64,000 bases of DNA from Candidatus Marinacidobacterales bacterium (GCA_965224085.1 CBDCYI010000011.1:992001-1056000); one strand, 5' to 3'; positions 41,754 through 52,906 are shown, counted from the stretch's first letter. Notes: a model not told the origin generated them from the letters alone. Made by a program: numbers and translations.

Positions 41754-41916
41754 GGCAAAATCCTCCTGACGCCTGTTGGCGCTTATTATAAGACGAAGCC
41801 CCCGGGACCACCAATCGCCGAAAAGCCCCGCAGATTTTACTTGAGATCGGCTCTCTGCTAGGATGGGGCAAGATGGATATTGTCGGCAAAACTCTACTCA
41901 TTTGAGGCGGTTGTTC

Positions 41917-43620
41917 ATGAAGAGATCTGCTTTAGCTGTGGTGGTGTCCCTCGTCATCGCGGGCGCGACCATTGGTGGTCTGTTCGGAAGCCGGGCACAG
42001 GCAAAATCGGATCGTTATTCTGAGTTCCTGCGGCGTTACACGCAAGTGCTGCGCCTGGTGGAAGAGGAATACGTTACTGAGGTCGACCCAAAAGACTTGG
42101 TCCACGCGTCGATCCGCGGCATGCTTCGCACGCTCGATCCGCACTCGAATTTTCTCCCGAAACAGGAATATAACCAGCTTCAAGAGCGCCAACACGGCAG
42201 CTATCACGGGCTCGGGATCTCGGTTCAGATGCGCGAGGGTAACCTGACGGTCATCTCGCCTTTCGAGGGAACCCCCGCCTACCGGCTCGGCATCCGCTCC
42301 GGCGACATCATCTCCAAAATCGAAGGTGAGCTCACCCATGGCGTCGAGCTCGACTCGGCTGTGAAGAAGCTGCGCGGGCCCAAAGGCAGCGAGGTCACGA
42401 TTTCTATCACCCGCGCCGGGTACGACCAGCCGCTCGATTTCACCATCGTCCGGGACAAGATCGACCTCCGCAGTGTTCCCTATGCTTTCATGCTCGATGA
42501 CGATACGGGTTATCTGCGCATCTCCGATTTTACGGAGACGACCGAAGACGAGCTCCATGAAAATCTCGTCAAGCTTCAGAAGGAAGGCGCGACTGAGTTC
42601 GTACTCGACCTGCGCGACAACCCTGGCGGGTTGCTGGATCAAGCAGTCGCGGTATCCAACAAGTTTCTCGAGAAGGGCTTGCGCATCGTCTACACGCGCG
42701 GGCGCACCGACGGCTCGGATTACGACTATCATGCCGAGCGCGCCAGCTCCCATAGCAAGATGCCTCTCGTCGTACTCGTTTCGAGGGGCAGCGCCTCCGC
42801 GTCCGAAATCGTCTCCGGGGCCATTCAAGATCACGACCGCGGGCTGATCATCGGCGAGACCACATTCGGCAAAGGCCTCGTGCAGTCGATCTATCGTATC
42901 AGCGAAGGCAACGGCCTCGCGCTCACGACGGCGGAATACTTCACACCGAGTGGGAGAAATATCCAGCGCGATTATTCGGGCTCGTTCGATGATTACTATT
43001 ACAGCGCGCGCTCCGACACGCCGGAGTCTCCGAGGGGTGAAGTGAAATACACGGATGCCGGCCGGAAGGTCTATAGCGGCGGCGGGATCAACCCCGACCT
43101 TCAAGTGACCTACCCGCGGCTTCCCAAGCCGATTTTGGCGCTCAATAGCAGGAACGCTTTCTTCAAATATAGCACCCACTTTGCCGCCGAGGACGATCGG
43201 CGGCTTCTGGACGGCGCGGGCATTCAGCCGAAGGAGGTCCGGACGACGCGCCCCAAGGATGTCCGGCTCATAGACCAGCGCTTCCGTGTCGACGATGGAA
43301 TCCTCGAGGACTTCATTGCGTTTCTTGATGAAGAGGATGTGAGCTACTCCAAGGACGAGCTTCTGGAGCACCGCGATCGGCTTGCCATCCGCATCGAGGT
43401 GGCGATCTTCAACGCGATTTGGGGCGCGGAAGCGGCCCAGCGTGTAGCTGTCCGGTACGATCCCCAGGTCCAAGCGGCCGTCAACGCGATGACACAGGCC
43501 GCAGACCTTCTGCTCGATCCCGTTGCTTACGCGAAACGAACCAACGAGGCCGGTTCTGAGCAAGATGGCGCCAGCTCCACCGAGAAAAAGCGCGTTTTGA
43601 ACCACCCCAAGCCTCAATAA
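41917..43620 (+). CDS. ctpA: S41A carboxyl-terminal processing protease (PDZ)
   Basis: LDPHS, DLRDNPGGLL, SASASEIV, TFGKGLVQ. Confidence 0.92.
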   Translation: MKRSALAVVVSLVIAGATIGGLFGSRAQAKSDRYSEFLRRYTQVLRLVEEEYVTEVDPKDLVHASIRGMLRTLDPHSNFLPKQEYNQLQERQHGSYHGLGISVQMREGNLTVISPFEGTPAYRLGIRSGDIISKIEGELTHGVELDSAVKKLRGPKGSEVTISITRAGYDQPLDFTIVRDKIDLRSVPYAFMLDDDTGYLRISDFTETTEDELHENLVKLQKEGATEFVLDLRDNPGGLLDQAVAVSNKFLEKGLRIVYTRGRTDGSDYDYHAERASSHSKMPLVVLVSRGSASASEIVSGAIQDHDRGLIIGETTFGKGLVQSIYRISEGNGLALTTAEYFTPSGRNIQRDYSGSFDDYYYSARSDTPESPRGEVKYTDAGRKVYSGGGINPDLQVTYPRLPKPILALNSRNAFFKYSTHFAAEDDRRLLDGAGIQPKEVRTTRPKDVRLIDQRFRVDDGILEDFIAFLDEEDVSYSKDELLEHRDRLAIRIEVAIFNAIWGAEAAQRVAVRYDPQVQAAVNAMTQAADLLLDPVAYAKRTNEAGSEQDGASSTEKKRVLNHPKPQ

Positions 43621-43754
43621 GACCCTGGGTTCACAGGAGCTCCGTCGCGTCAGGACTACTAGATCCTGGGGTAGGCTTTCTGTTAACATACAACCCGTTG
43701 CGATTCCATCCAGACGCATTTTTTGCCGTGACTGCCTTGATTGGAGGTTCATAT

Positions 43755-45071
43755 ATGGGACCGACACGTTTGGTCGTCCTCAACATTGTGGTATTCGGTT
43801 GTTTTGCTAACCTTCCGCTGCCGCTTGCGGCACAGGACACCTTTCAGGACGAGATAGCGAACCTGAGAAGCCCCAATGTGGGCACGCGGGTGAAAGCCGC
43901 GAAAGCGCTCGGCAAGTCGGGGCGCCTCGAAGGCATTCCTGCGCTGACACAAGCTATGAGGGACCCGGAGCTCAAAGTGCGGCGAGTTACGGTCGAGGCT
44001 CTGCGCGCCTTCACGTCGTCGGAGACGATCGACGGCCTCCTCATCGGGCTTCAGGATGAGGACCGGAGCGTCCGTGGCGAAGCCCTGACCGCCGCGCTCG
44101 AGATTTACGTGGGCGCCGGTAACGCGGGCACAGGAGGCTCGTTGAACTGGATCCTCGGGGATAGGAAACGCACGCCCGAGCTCAAGGACCTCATCCCCAT
44201 CGATCTCCGCGTTGCCCAAGCCGTGGAGCTTCGACTTCAGGACGAAGAACCGAAATTGCGCCGGCAGTCGGCCTATACGCTTGGAGTTTTGGGCCTCGCA
44301 AGGTCGGCGCGGCCTCTCGAGAGCTCGCTCTATGATGGGGACAAGAATATCCGCCTCGAAGCCGTCATGGCGCTCGCGAAAATTGGCACGGATGAAGCGG
44401 CAGAAGCCGTCCGCGGTGTGCTGAACGGCGCGGACAAAACGCTGGCGGGCGCGGTCATCGATGCTCTCGGCAAGATGCAGTACCCGGAAGCGGCGCCAGA
44501 CCTGGTCGCGATTTACGATGCGAACGTCAACAAGCTCGGCGATCGCGCCTTGGCTGCGCTTGCCCATATTGGCGCGCCCGAAGCGCGTGGGGTGTTCTAC
44601 CATCAGATGACGAGCAAGAATCCAGACCAGCGTCGATGGGCTGTCGAGGGGCTCGGCCGCTTAGGCGATTCTCGGATAGCATCGGGTTTGGTAAAGGACT
44701 TCCTGCGGGAGCCCGATGAGACGGTTCAGTTGGCTTATTGTTTCGCACTCGTCGAACTTGGCAGGCTGGAGTTCATCGACCGCGTCGCGCTCGATCTCGG
44801 TAACCGAAAGCGGCATGAGCAGGCTTATGAATACGCGGTCGAGCTCGGCAGTGGTGTTTTGGGCGAGCTCGTTCGCTATCTCGCCGATCCTGTTCCGGCG
44901 GTCAGGATAGAGATGGCGCGAGTACTCATGGAAATAGGAGATCCCGCGGCGATACCTCATCTGGAGCCTCTGCTTGGCGATCCGAACAGCAAAGTAGCGG
45001 ATAGCGCAAACCGCGCCATCGCGCGGCTCAAACGAGGGAGGCTGTCGGCGTCTGCAGCGCCCATTCCTTGA
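43755..45071 (+). CDS. Secreted HEAT/PBS-lyase-like repeat protein
   Basis: Signal peptide and repeated R..A..ALG helical units. Confidence 0.85.
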   Translation: MGPTRLVVLNIVVFGCFANLPLPLAAQDTFQDEIANLRSPNVGTRVKAAKALGKSGRLEGIPALTQAMRDPELKVRRVTVEALRAFTSSETIDGLLIGLQDEDRSVRGEALTAALEIYVGAGNAGTGGSLNWILGDRKRTPELKDLIPIDLRVAQAVELRLQDEEPKLRRQSAYTLGVLGLARSARPLESSLYDGDKNIRLEAVMALAKIGTDEAAEAVRGVLNGADKTLAGAVIDALGKMQYPEAAPDLVAIYDANVNKLGDRALAALAHIGAPEARGVFYHQMTSKNPDQRRWAVEGLGRLGDSRIASGLVKDFLREPDETVQLAYCFALVELGRLEFIDRVALDLGNRKRHEQAYEYAVELGSGVLGELVRYLADPVPAVRIEMARVLMEIGDPAAIPHLEPLLGDPNSKVADSANRAIARLKRGRLSASAAPIP

Positions 45072-45129
45072 ATAGGCGAAAACAGCGGAGGCGAGCCCAA
45101 AGGGCCTTTAGAAGAGGAGCCTTCCACCC

Positions 45130-46042
45130 ATGCGCAGGTTGAAACCGTTACTTATGACTCTGTTGCTCGCCGTTGGGCTCTGTGGCCCTGGCTGCGATCG
45201 GGTGAAGGCGCTCAAGGACAGCCTTCTAGGCGAATCGACCGCTGGAAGCGACTGTCAACCCGGCGCTCGCAGAGATCGAGAACCTTTATGCGTCCGGCCA
45301 GTACGACGAGACCCTGCGTAAGATCGACGAGGTCATGTCGACGGACCCGAACCTGACCGAACCGCATTACTACCGCGGCCTGTGCTATTTGGCGCTTGCG
45401 GGAGCCCCGGACGTGAAAGGGCCGCTGTCGTCGGCAGAAGAGAGCAGCCTCGAAGCTTTCCGGCGCGCTCTGTCCTTGAACCCGCGACACGCGCCCTCCA
45501 ATATCGGTATCGGGGACGTCTACGTCCGCCGGATGCCCACGAGGCTTCGTCGCTCGGACACCGACGACCCCGAAGATCCGTTCGTCATGGCTCGTGATGC
45601 TTACGAACAGGCGGTGTCTATCGACCCGAAGCATCCGAAGGCCCAATTACGTTACGGCGAGTTCCTCATGCGGACAGGTGAGCTCGAACGGGCGGAGCAG
45701 GCGCTCAAAGCTGCCGTCGAAGCCGCCGCGACCGTTCCCGAGATAGCGCCCGACTACTACTTGGCCTATGGGCGTTTTCTCGCGGGCCCGGCCGACCGCC
45801 AAGACGAAGCTCTCGACCAATTCGAGCTCGCGCGGATGTTTCGTGCTGACGACCTCAGTATCCAACAGGAAATGGCAATGGTGCACGCTCGAGTTGGTCT
45901 GCGCCACTTGCAGAAGCAGGAATACATGTTGGCGGAGGACGCGCTCACGAAGGCGTGGAACATATTTCCGGATCAGAGTATCCAGGAGGCGCAGGAGACC
46001 TCCGAGGCCCTCGCGCAGCTCCGTACGATCCGCCGCCGCTGA
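45130..46042 (+). pseudogene. TPR lipoprotein, frameshifted near 45245-45255
   Basis: Lipoprotein-type N-terminus (45130-) continues as VNPALAEIENLYASGQYDE in the frame of ORF 45335-46042. Confidence 0.7.
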
Positions 46043-46158
46043 CTTTGTGTGAGTGTGTGGTGTCGTTCACATCTTCGGTGGTAGAGTGTAGTATGATGCC
46101 GAATTGCTAGCATCGCGTAATGTGGCTGGCTTTTGGCCGGCAGGATCGGAGCCGACAG

Positions 46159-47550
46159 ATGGAAACGAGTACGCGGGCGATTTTGAAGGTGGTGGGGCTA
46201 CTCCTGGGTGTGCTTCTTCTGGCGACTCCCATTGCGGCGGATACGCCGGACCGCGACGAATCGTGGAGCGAGGTCGCTTCCGATGGGAAGTCGGTCGTGT
46301 TCGGCCGCTTCGTCGGGAAATTCGATAGCATCGAATTTCGATCGAGGCGCATCCGGCTTCGGGAAGTGTCCACCGGCAAAGACGAAACCCTCGAAATCGA
46401 CGAGGCGCTCGGCTATATTGCCGAGACCATCAAACCAGGTCTTTACAACGTGCTCGGTTTCGAAGCCGTTTACTACCCTCAAATTCGGCCTTCGAAGCCC
46501 GGGAAGTACCGTCCTCTCCGACAGCGCTTTGGACTCAGTCCGAAGAGCGGGGACGCGCAAACCGCCTTCATCCACATTCCCGAGGATCGTCCGGTCTATA
46601 TCGGCACGATCAAAGCATCCAACGAGCTGGATGGCGTCGTCTATCGCGGGCACCAATTGCGCGTGCTCGATGAATACGATGAAGCCTTCGACCGGCTCGA
46701 GAGTTTCTACCCCGTCCTTACCGCGAGCCTCGACCGCGACGGCATTGTGCCCGCTCGCCATTTCATGCTCAAACCGACGCGTCAGCGCCAGCCGCTCGAG
46801 CGGGTGGTGGGTCTCGATGACCCTATCCGGCAGGCACGAGACTACATTGCCGACGGCAAGTATCGGCAAGCGGTCAGTTGGCTCGAGACCTTCATGCCCG
46901 CATCGGATGGCGAACGAACGGAAGCGAAGCTTCTCGTGGGCGAAGCGATGCTCGGTGACGGCGAATATCCTGAAGCGATTGAAGAGCTTGGTGAAGTGCT
47001 TCTTATCGATCCAGAGCAGACGCGCGCTCTGCGTCTTCTGGCGCGTGCCCATGCGCTCGACGGACACCTCGAAGATGCTCGGGATCTGTACACGGCCCTC
47101 ACGGCGGCCATTCCGGGTGATGCCGAGGCGCATCTGCATCTGGGGTATCTCCACGCGCTGAAGGAGAATGCAGTGGCCGCCGAGGAAGAATTCCAGGCGG
47201 CTTTCCAGACCGATTTCGATTATCTGCTGAACGACTTGGTGCCGTTTTTCGTTGCCTTGAAGGAAACGATGGCCGATGACCTCGGCCGCTACGAGCCGCC
47301 CCGCGTAGTCCGTTACCGGACCCCGCCGCCGAAAGCGATGGACTCGAGGCGCCAGTCCCAATCCGGCGGATTTGCCGTCCTTATTGACCATCAAGGAAAG
47401 GTCATCGCCGCCCAAATTGGAGCTCAATCTTCGGGAACTGTGCCGCTGATGATGCTCTCGCTCGTCAGGGCCACCTTCGAGCCCGCGAGCCTGAACGGGA
47501 TCCCAATCCCTGCTATCGTGTCGCTGGGCTCGCCGATGCGGGTACAGTAG
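46159..47550 (+). CDS. Secreted protein with TPRs and C-terminal TonB-C-like domain
   Basis: Signal peptide; TPR helices; VLIDHQGKV...FEPASLNGIPI. Confidence 0.7.
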   Translation: METSTRAILKVVGLLLGVLLLATPIAADTPDRDESWSEVASDGKSVVFGRFVGKFDSIEFRSRRIRLREVSTGKDETLEIDEALGYIAETIKPGLYNVLGFEAVYYPQIRPSKPGKYRPLRQRFGLSPKSGDAQTAFIHIPEDRPVYIGTIKASNELDGVVYRGHQLRVLDEYDEAFDRLESFYPVLTASLDRDGIVPARHFMLKPTRQRQPLERVVGLDDPIRQARDYIADGKYRQAVSWLETFMPASDGERTEAKLLVGEAMLGDGEYPEAIEELGEVLLIDPEQTRALRLLARAHALDGHLEDARDLYTALTAAIPGDAEAHLHLGYLHALKENAVAAEEEFQAAFQTDFDYLLNDLVPFFVALKETMADDLGRYEPPRVVRYRTPPPKAMDSRRQSQSGGFAVLIDHQGKVIAAQIGAQSSGTVPLMMLSLVRATFEPASLNGIPIPAIVSLGSPMRVQ

Positions 47551-47669
47551 ATCAGCGTTCAGTCGTAAGCATTCAGCAACCAGCACTTGCGCCGTGCCGA
47601 ATCGGTCCGAGCGAAAGTTCAGCACCGTAGGATTCGGAGCGTGAACTTGAACGCCGAATGCTAGACCAC

Positions 47670-47699
47670 TTGACACGGTTCGGGCGCGTTCGCTACTAT
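47670..47699 (+). promoter_or_regulatory. Putative sigma70 promoter of the MinD-like gene
   Basis: TTGACA-N18-TACTAT. Confidence 0.55.
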
Positions 47700-47968
47700 C
47701 TTAGTACTAACGACTTATTCTTGTGGACCCTTAGATTCTTGTTTGGTAGTCCTGCCGGTATCCTTAGATCGTTCAACTTATTAAAAAGGGGACGTACCGT
47801 GGACTCCGATCCGAAACAGTCTCTCTCCGCTTCAGACCCAACTGGCTCGTGGGGCGCGCGCCCAGAGCTCAAAGCCGCTAGCGCGGTCGCGCCCTGTGCC
47901 GAATCCTCTCCTGCGCCAGTGGTGCATCCGGTCGTTGCGGCGACAGCGCGCAAGAAGTCGCAGCCTAG

Positions 47969-49971
47969 CCCATGTTTCCCTTTTAGGTCTCTAAGTCATC
48001 ATAAACAAAGGACTGAGATCCGCGGTTTGTCTCTACGCTGACAGCACCTCCTCGGAGAAGGCTGGCGGGTCGCGTTCAACGATTCCGAGTGCAGTCAGGA
48101 TCGAGTTGGCGCGAGCGGTGCCGCGCGTGACGACGCGCTTGGTCCGCCCAGAACCCAGCTGTAAGTCGACGAGCCGGACCGAGCGTAGCGCTTGTAGTGC
48201 CTCGGTTGCGGACAGGTCGAGTTCGGCGACCTTGAGCTTTTTCTCAAGAGCCCGATGCACAAGGAAGGCCAGCGTAGCTACGAAAAGATGTGCCTCCACA
48301 CGCTCATCGGTCTGGTGGTAAACGGGACGCATCTCAATGACATCCTTAAGGCATGAGAAGGCTCGCTCGACCTCGTTTAGGTCCTTGTAAAGGCGCACGG
48401 CGTCGACCGGAGAGAGGTTTTGCTCCTCGGTTTGAATAACGTACTTACCCTCGTAGGCTTGCTCGCGCTTGAGGTTGTCCGGGTGCTCGAAGAAGCGGAA
48501 GCGAGCGTTTTTGTACTCCCAGTCGTAGTAACGGTGACCGTGGTGGCGTGCCTGTATGCGCGCGGCGGCGGCACCGATTTTCTCGGGGGCTTTCAATCGT
48601 CCCTCGCGCACGCGGCGCTCGAGGGCCTCGAATGCCGCACGGGCACGTCCCATGGCCCGCAGCCTCTGCCCGCGCTCGTAGGCGAGCCTTTCGTCGCTGT
48701 GAACGACGAAGATGCGCACGCCAGACTGCTCGGAGCGGACTTCTTGCACACGAGTCTTAGGTGGCTCGGCTTTTTCGCTCACCGTGATGCCACCAGGGCA
48801 GTCGATCCACTCTCCGCTGGCGCGCTCGATGTAACGATAGACCTCCTCGCGCCGTCGTCTTTGCAGCCCGACGAGATAGCCCTGCTTGCGCGAGCGCACC
48901 ACCGCCAGGCTGTCGCTCGTTACCATCCCTCGGTCGCCGACAAAAACCACGCGGTGCAAACCGAATCGTTCGTTGAGATCGTTGAGCACCTGCGGCACCG
49001 TTTTCGCGTCACGCCAGTTGCCGGCGAAAACATGGTGGGCGATCGGCCAACCGTCCACCATCACCAGACCGACAAGCACTTGCCGGTTACGCGGTCTGCG
49101 GTCGCGACTGTAGCCGTGGGCGCCGAGCCCCGGAGGGCCTTGACCTTCGAAGTACGTCGACGTCAGGTCGTAAAACACCATGTCAACCTCAAGCGAAAAC
49201 AGATCCCGCAAGCGCAAAAACAGCTCTTTCTCGATCTGTTCTTTGCGGGCATGCAGCTGGTCGAGCGTTCGGTACCATTGCTTGAGTTGGCGAGACTCCA
49301 CGCGAACCCGCGGGGAGCGACTCGCTCGCCGCTCCCCATCATCGCGCCACTGCGGCACCCACCGCCGCCCCTGCCGGTCGCAGACGAAGTCGGTCTCGAG
49401 CCAGCGCGCCAGACCGTGCTCGCTTGACGGAGCACATAGCCGGTTGGCGACCAGCACCAAAGCTCGCTCGCTTAGCGCCACTCCGTCGCGCTTGCCGCGG
49501 CCTCCGAGCCGGTCGAGAATCTGCTCCAGTCCGAGCTCGCGCCACAGCGTCGCCGTCACCACCATCGGACCCCAATCCCACGCGTCTGCCCCCGCGATCT
49601 GCTCGGCTGCTCGCTCGGTGTCGGCCGGTTCACCGGCCCCAAGCAACCGATTGAGGGAGTCGAGATTGGCAACTAGGAGATCCTTGCGCCCCAAGTTGCA
49701 CACTACGCGTTGCTTCGGCTTGCCGTGCTCCCGATACGACTCGACCAGGCGGACATACTCATGTTGAACCCCTTTGCCGCCTGCGGCCCGAACGATGCGG
49801 AAGAACATAACCTGTCCTCACGCATACTACATATCATTGTCCACGATTACAACGTATTAATGGCGCTCAAAGCACAATATCTGTCTCTACGTTTTGGGCA
49901 AAATTCAACCCCCGTTCCTTTGAATTCAGTCACTTACGAGCGTTAGGGTGCCCATAAAGGGTAAACATGGG
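47969..49971 (-). mobile_element. IS1634-family element, copy 2 (2003 bp)
   Basis: TIRs CCCATGTTT(A)CCCTTT; CTAG on both sides. Confidence 0.95.
48033..49808 (-). CDS. IS1634-family transposase (591 aa)
   Basis: LVESYR..GKPKQR, FYDLTSTYFEG, GYSRD, VGDRGM, VERAF. Confidence 0.93.
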   Translation of the reverse strand: MFFRIVRAAGGKGVQHEYVRLVESYREHGKPKQRVVCNLGRKDLLVANLDSLNRLLGAGEPADTERAAEQIAGADAWDWGPMVVTATLWRELGLEQILDRLGGRGKRDGVALSERALVLVANRLCAPSSEHGLARWLETDFVCDRQGRRWVPQWRDDGERRASRSPRVRVESRQLKQWYRTLDQLHARKEQIEKELFLRLRDLFSLEVDMVFYDLTSTYFEGQGPPGLGAHGYSRDRRPRNRQVLVGLVMVDGWPIAHHVFAGNWRDAKTVPQVLNDLNERFGLHRVVFVGDRGMVTSDSLAVVRSRKQGYLVGLQRRRREEVYRYIERASGEWIDCPGGITVSEKAEPPKTRVQEVRSEQSGVRIFVVHSDERLAYERGQRLRAMGRARAAFEALERRVREGRLKAPEKIGAAAARIQARHHGHRYYDWEYKNARFRFFEHPDNLKREQAYEGKYVIQTEEQNLSPVDAVRLYKDLNEVERAFSCLKDVIEMRPVYHQTDERVEAHLFVATLAFLVHRALEKKLKVAELDLSATEALQALRSVRLVDLQLGSGRTKRVVTRGTARANSILTALGIVERDPPAFSEEVLSA

Positions 49972-50606
49972 CTAGCAAAGGCCGTATCATTGCGGTTGGC
50001 GGCGGCAAAGGCGGCGTTGGCAAGAGCCTCATTACGAGCAGCGTCGGGATCTCCCTTGCACGGCACGGCAAGAAAGTGGTGGTTATCGATGCCGACCTCG
50101 GCGGAGCGAATCTCCATACTTGCTTGGGCTTGTCCATACCGTCGCTCACGCTGAGCGATTTCATCAGTCGGCGCGTCGAGTCGATTGACGACGTGATTCT
50201 CGAGACTGGCGTCAAGAACCTCGGACTCATCAGCGGCGCACACGACCATCTCGCCGCGTCGAATCTGAAATATCGTCAGAAAACCCGAATATTGCCCTGT
50301 ATCGCTGCCGTGGACGCCGATTTCGTCTTGCTCGACATCGGTGCTGGGATCTCGTTCAACGTCGTCGACTTCTTTCTCATTGCGGAGCAAGGGCTCCTCG
50401 TCGCGATCCCCGAGCCGAGCTCGATCGAGAACGCCTACCGCTTCCTAAAAATGAGTTTTTACCGTCATCTGTGGCGCGCTTTGAAGTCGAGCCCGGTGCG
50501 CAAAGTAGTTGAGCAAGCGATGGACCAAAAGAATCGCGACGGCATCCGCACGCCCATCGATCTTCTCGACGCTGTGGAGCGTCGCGACAGTGCTACCGGA
50601 CGCTAT

Positions 50607-52609
50607 CCCATGTTTACCCTTTATGGGCACCCTAACGCTCGTAAGTGACTGAATTCAAAGGAACGGGGGTTGAATTTTGCCCAAAACGTAGAGACAGATA
50701 TTGTGCTTTGAGCGCCATTAATACGTTGTAATCGTGGACAATGATATGTAGTATGCGTGAGGACAGGTTATGTTCTTCCGCATCGTTCGGGCCGCAGGCG
50801 GCAAAGGGGTTCAACATGAGTATGTCCGCCTGGTCGAGTCGTATCGGGAGCACGGCAAGCCGAAGCAACGCGTAGTGTGCAACTTGGGGCGCAAGGATCT
50901 CCTAGTTGCCAATCTCGACTCCCTCAATCGGTTGCTTGGGGCCGGTGAACCGGCCGACACCGAGCGAGCAGCCGAGCAGATCGCGGGGGCAGACGCGTGG
51001 GATTGGGGTCCGATGGTGGTGACGGCGACGCTGTGGCGCGAGCTCGGACTGGAGCAGATTCTCGACCGGCTCGGAGGCCGCGGCAAGCGCGACGGAGTGG
51101 CGCTAAGCGAGCGAGCTTTGGTGCTGGTCGCCAACCGGCTATGTGCTCCGTCAAGCGAGCACGGTCTGGCGCGCTGGCTCGAGACCGACTTCGTCTGCGA
51201 CCGGCAGGGGCGGCGGTGGGTGCCGCAGTGGCGCGATGATGGGGAGCGGCGAGCGAGTCGCTCCCCGCGGGTTCGCGTGGAGTCTCGCCAACTCAAGCAA
51301 TGGTACCGAACGCTCGACCAGCTGCATGCCCGCAAAGAACAGATCGAGAAAGAGCTGTTTTTGCGCTTGCGGGATCTGTTTTCGCTTGAGGTTGACATGG
51401 TGTTTTACGACCTGACGTCGACGTACTTCGAAGGTCAAGGCCCTCCGGGGCTCGGCGCCCACGGCTACAGTCGCGACCGCAGACCGCGTAACCGGCAAGT
51501 GCTTGTCGGTCTGGTGATGGTGGACGGTTGGCCGATCGCCCACCATGTTTTCGCCGGCAACTGGCGTGACGCGAAAACGGTGCCGCAGGTGCTCAACGAT
51601 CTCAACGAACGATTCGGTTTGCACCGCGTGGTTTTTGTCGGCGACCGAGGGATGGTAACGAGCGACAGCCTGGCGGTGGTGCGCTCGCGCAAGCAGGGCT
51701 ATCTCGTCGGGCTGCAAAGACGACGGCGCGAGGAGGTCTATCGTTACATCGAGCGCGCCAGCGGAGAGTGGATCGACTGCCCTGGTGGCATCACGGTGAG
51801 CGAAAAAGCCGAGCCACCTAAGACTCGTGTGCAAGAAGTCCGCTCCGAGCAGTCTGGCGTGCGCATCTTCGTCGTTCACAGCGACGAAAGGCTCGCCTAC
51901 GAGCGCGGGCAGAGGCTGCGGGCCATGGGACGTGCCCGTGCGGCATTCGAGGCCCTCGAGCGCCGCGTGCGCGAGGGACGATTGAAAGCCCCCGAGAAAA
52001 TCGGTGCCGCCGCCGCGCGCATACAGGCACGCCACCACGGTCACCGTTACTACGACTGGGAGTACAAAAACGCTCGCTTCCGCTTCTTCGAGCACCCGGA
52101 CAACCTCAAGCGCGAGCAAGCCTACGAGGGTAAGTACGTTATTCAAACCGAGGAGCAAAACCTCTCTCCGGTCGACGCCGTGCGCCTTTACAAGGACCTA
52201 AACGAGGTCGAGCGAGCCTTCTCATGCCTTAAGGATGTCATTGAGATGCATCCCGTTTACCACCAGACCGATGAGCGTGTGGAGGCACATCTTTTCGTAG
52301 CTACGCTGGCCTTCCTTGTGCATCGGGCTCTTGAGAAAAAGCTCAAGGTCGCCGAACTCGACCTGTCCGTAACCGAGGCACTACAAGCGCTACGCTCGGT
52401 CCGGCTCGTCGACTTACAGCTGGGTTCTGGGCGGACCAAGCGCGTCGTCACGCGCGGCACCGCTCGCGCCAACTCGATCCTGACTGCACTCGGAATCGTT
52501 GAACGCGACCCGCCAGCCTTCTCCGAGGAGGTGCTGTCAGCGTAGAGACAAACCGCGGATCTCAGTCCTTTGTTTATGATGACTTAGAGACCTAAAAGGG
52601 AAACATGGG
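50607..52609 (+). mobile_element. IS1634-family element, copy 3 (2003 bp)
   Basis: Same TIRs; flanked by CTAT (left) and CTAG (right). Confidence 0.95.
50770..52545 (+). CDS. IS1634-family transposase (591 aa)
   Basis: Differs from copy 2 by two amino acids (R>H, A>V). Confidence 0.93.
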   Translation: MFFRIVRAAGGKGVQHEYVRLVESYREHGKPKQRVVCNLGRKDLLVANLDSLNRLLGAGEPADTERAAEQIAGADAWDWGPMVVTATLWRELGLEQILDRLGGRGKRDGVALSERALVLVANRLCAPSSEHGLARWLETDFVCDRQGRRWVPQWRDDGERRASRSPRVRVESRQLKQWYRTLDQLHARKEQIEKELFLRLRDLFSLEVDMVFYDLTSTYFEGQGPPGLGAHGYSRDRRPRNRQVLVGLVMVDGWPIAHHVFAGNWRDAKTVPQVLNDLNERFGLHRVVFVGDRGMVTSDSLAVVRSRKQGYLVGLQRRRREEVYRYIERASGEWIDCPGGITVSEKAEPPKTRVQEVRSEQSGVRIFVVHSDERLAYERGQRLRAMGRARAAFEALERRVREGRLKAPEKIGAAAARIQARHHGHRYYDWEYKNARFRFFEHPDNLKREQAYEGKYVIQTEEQNLSPVDAVRLYKDLNEVERAFSCLKDVIEMHPVYHQTDERVEAHLFVATLAFLVHRALEKKLKVAELDLSVTEALQALRSVRLVDLQLGSGRTKRVVTRGTARANSILTALGIVERDPPAFSEEVLSA

Positions 52610-52906
52610 CTAGCTCAAGGAGCAAGCCTTCTCGTTTCGGCCGCGGCTTCTGATCAATCAGGTCCGCTACCTCGAGGACGAGGGTCTCGGCGCGTCGATG
52701 GCCAGCGTCTGCCGTCGCCATCTCGGAATCGCTATCGACGCCATCGGCTCGGTGCGCTTCGACGAGAGCGTTTGGAAGGCGAACCGCAAACGCAGACCTT
52801 TCATGCTCGACTTTCCCGAATCCGCAGCAGGAAGCTCCCTCGAGAGTGTGGCACAGGCTTTGACGTTCGGGCCACCCACTTTAGCGCGCACGGAGAGACG
52901 AAGTTG

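Noticed and set aside
41932-43767. Long antisense ORFs (611 aa here; also 46198-47676, 6216-7202, 13477-14475)
   Set aside because: Shadows of well-supported genes, typical of high-GC codon bias; no recognisable motifs.
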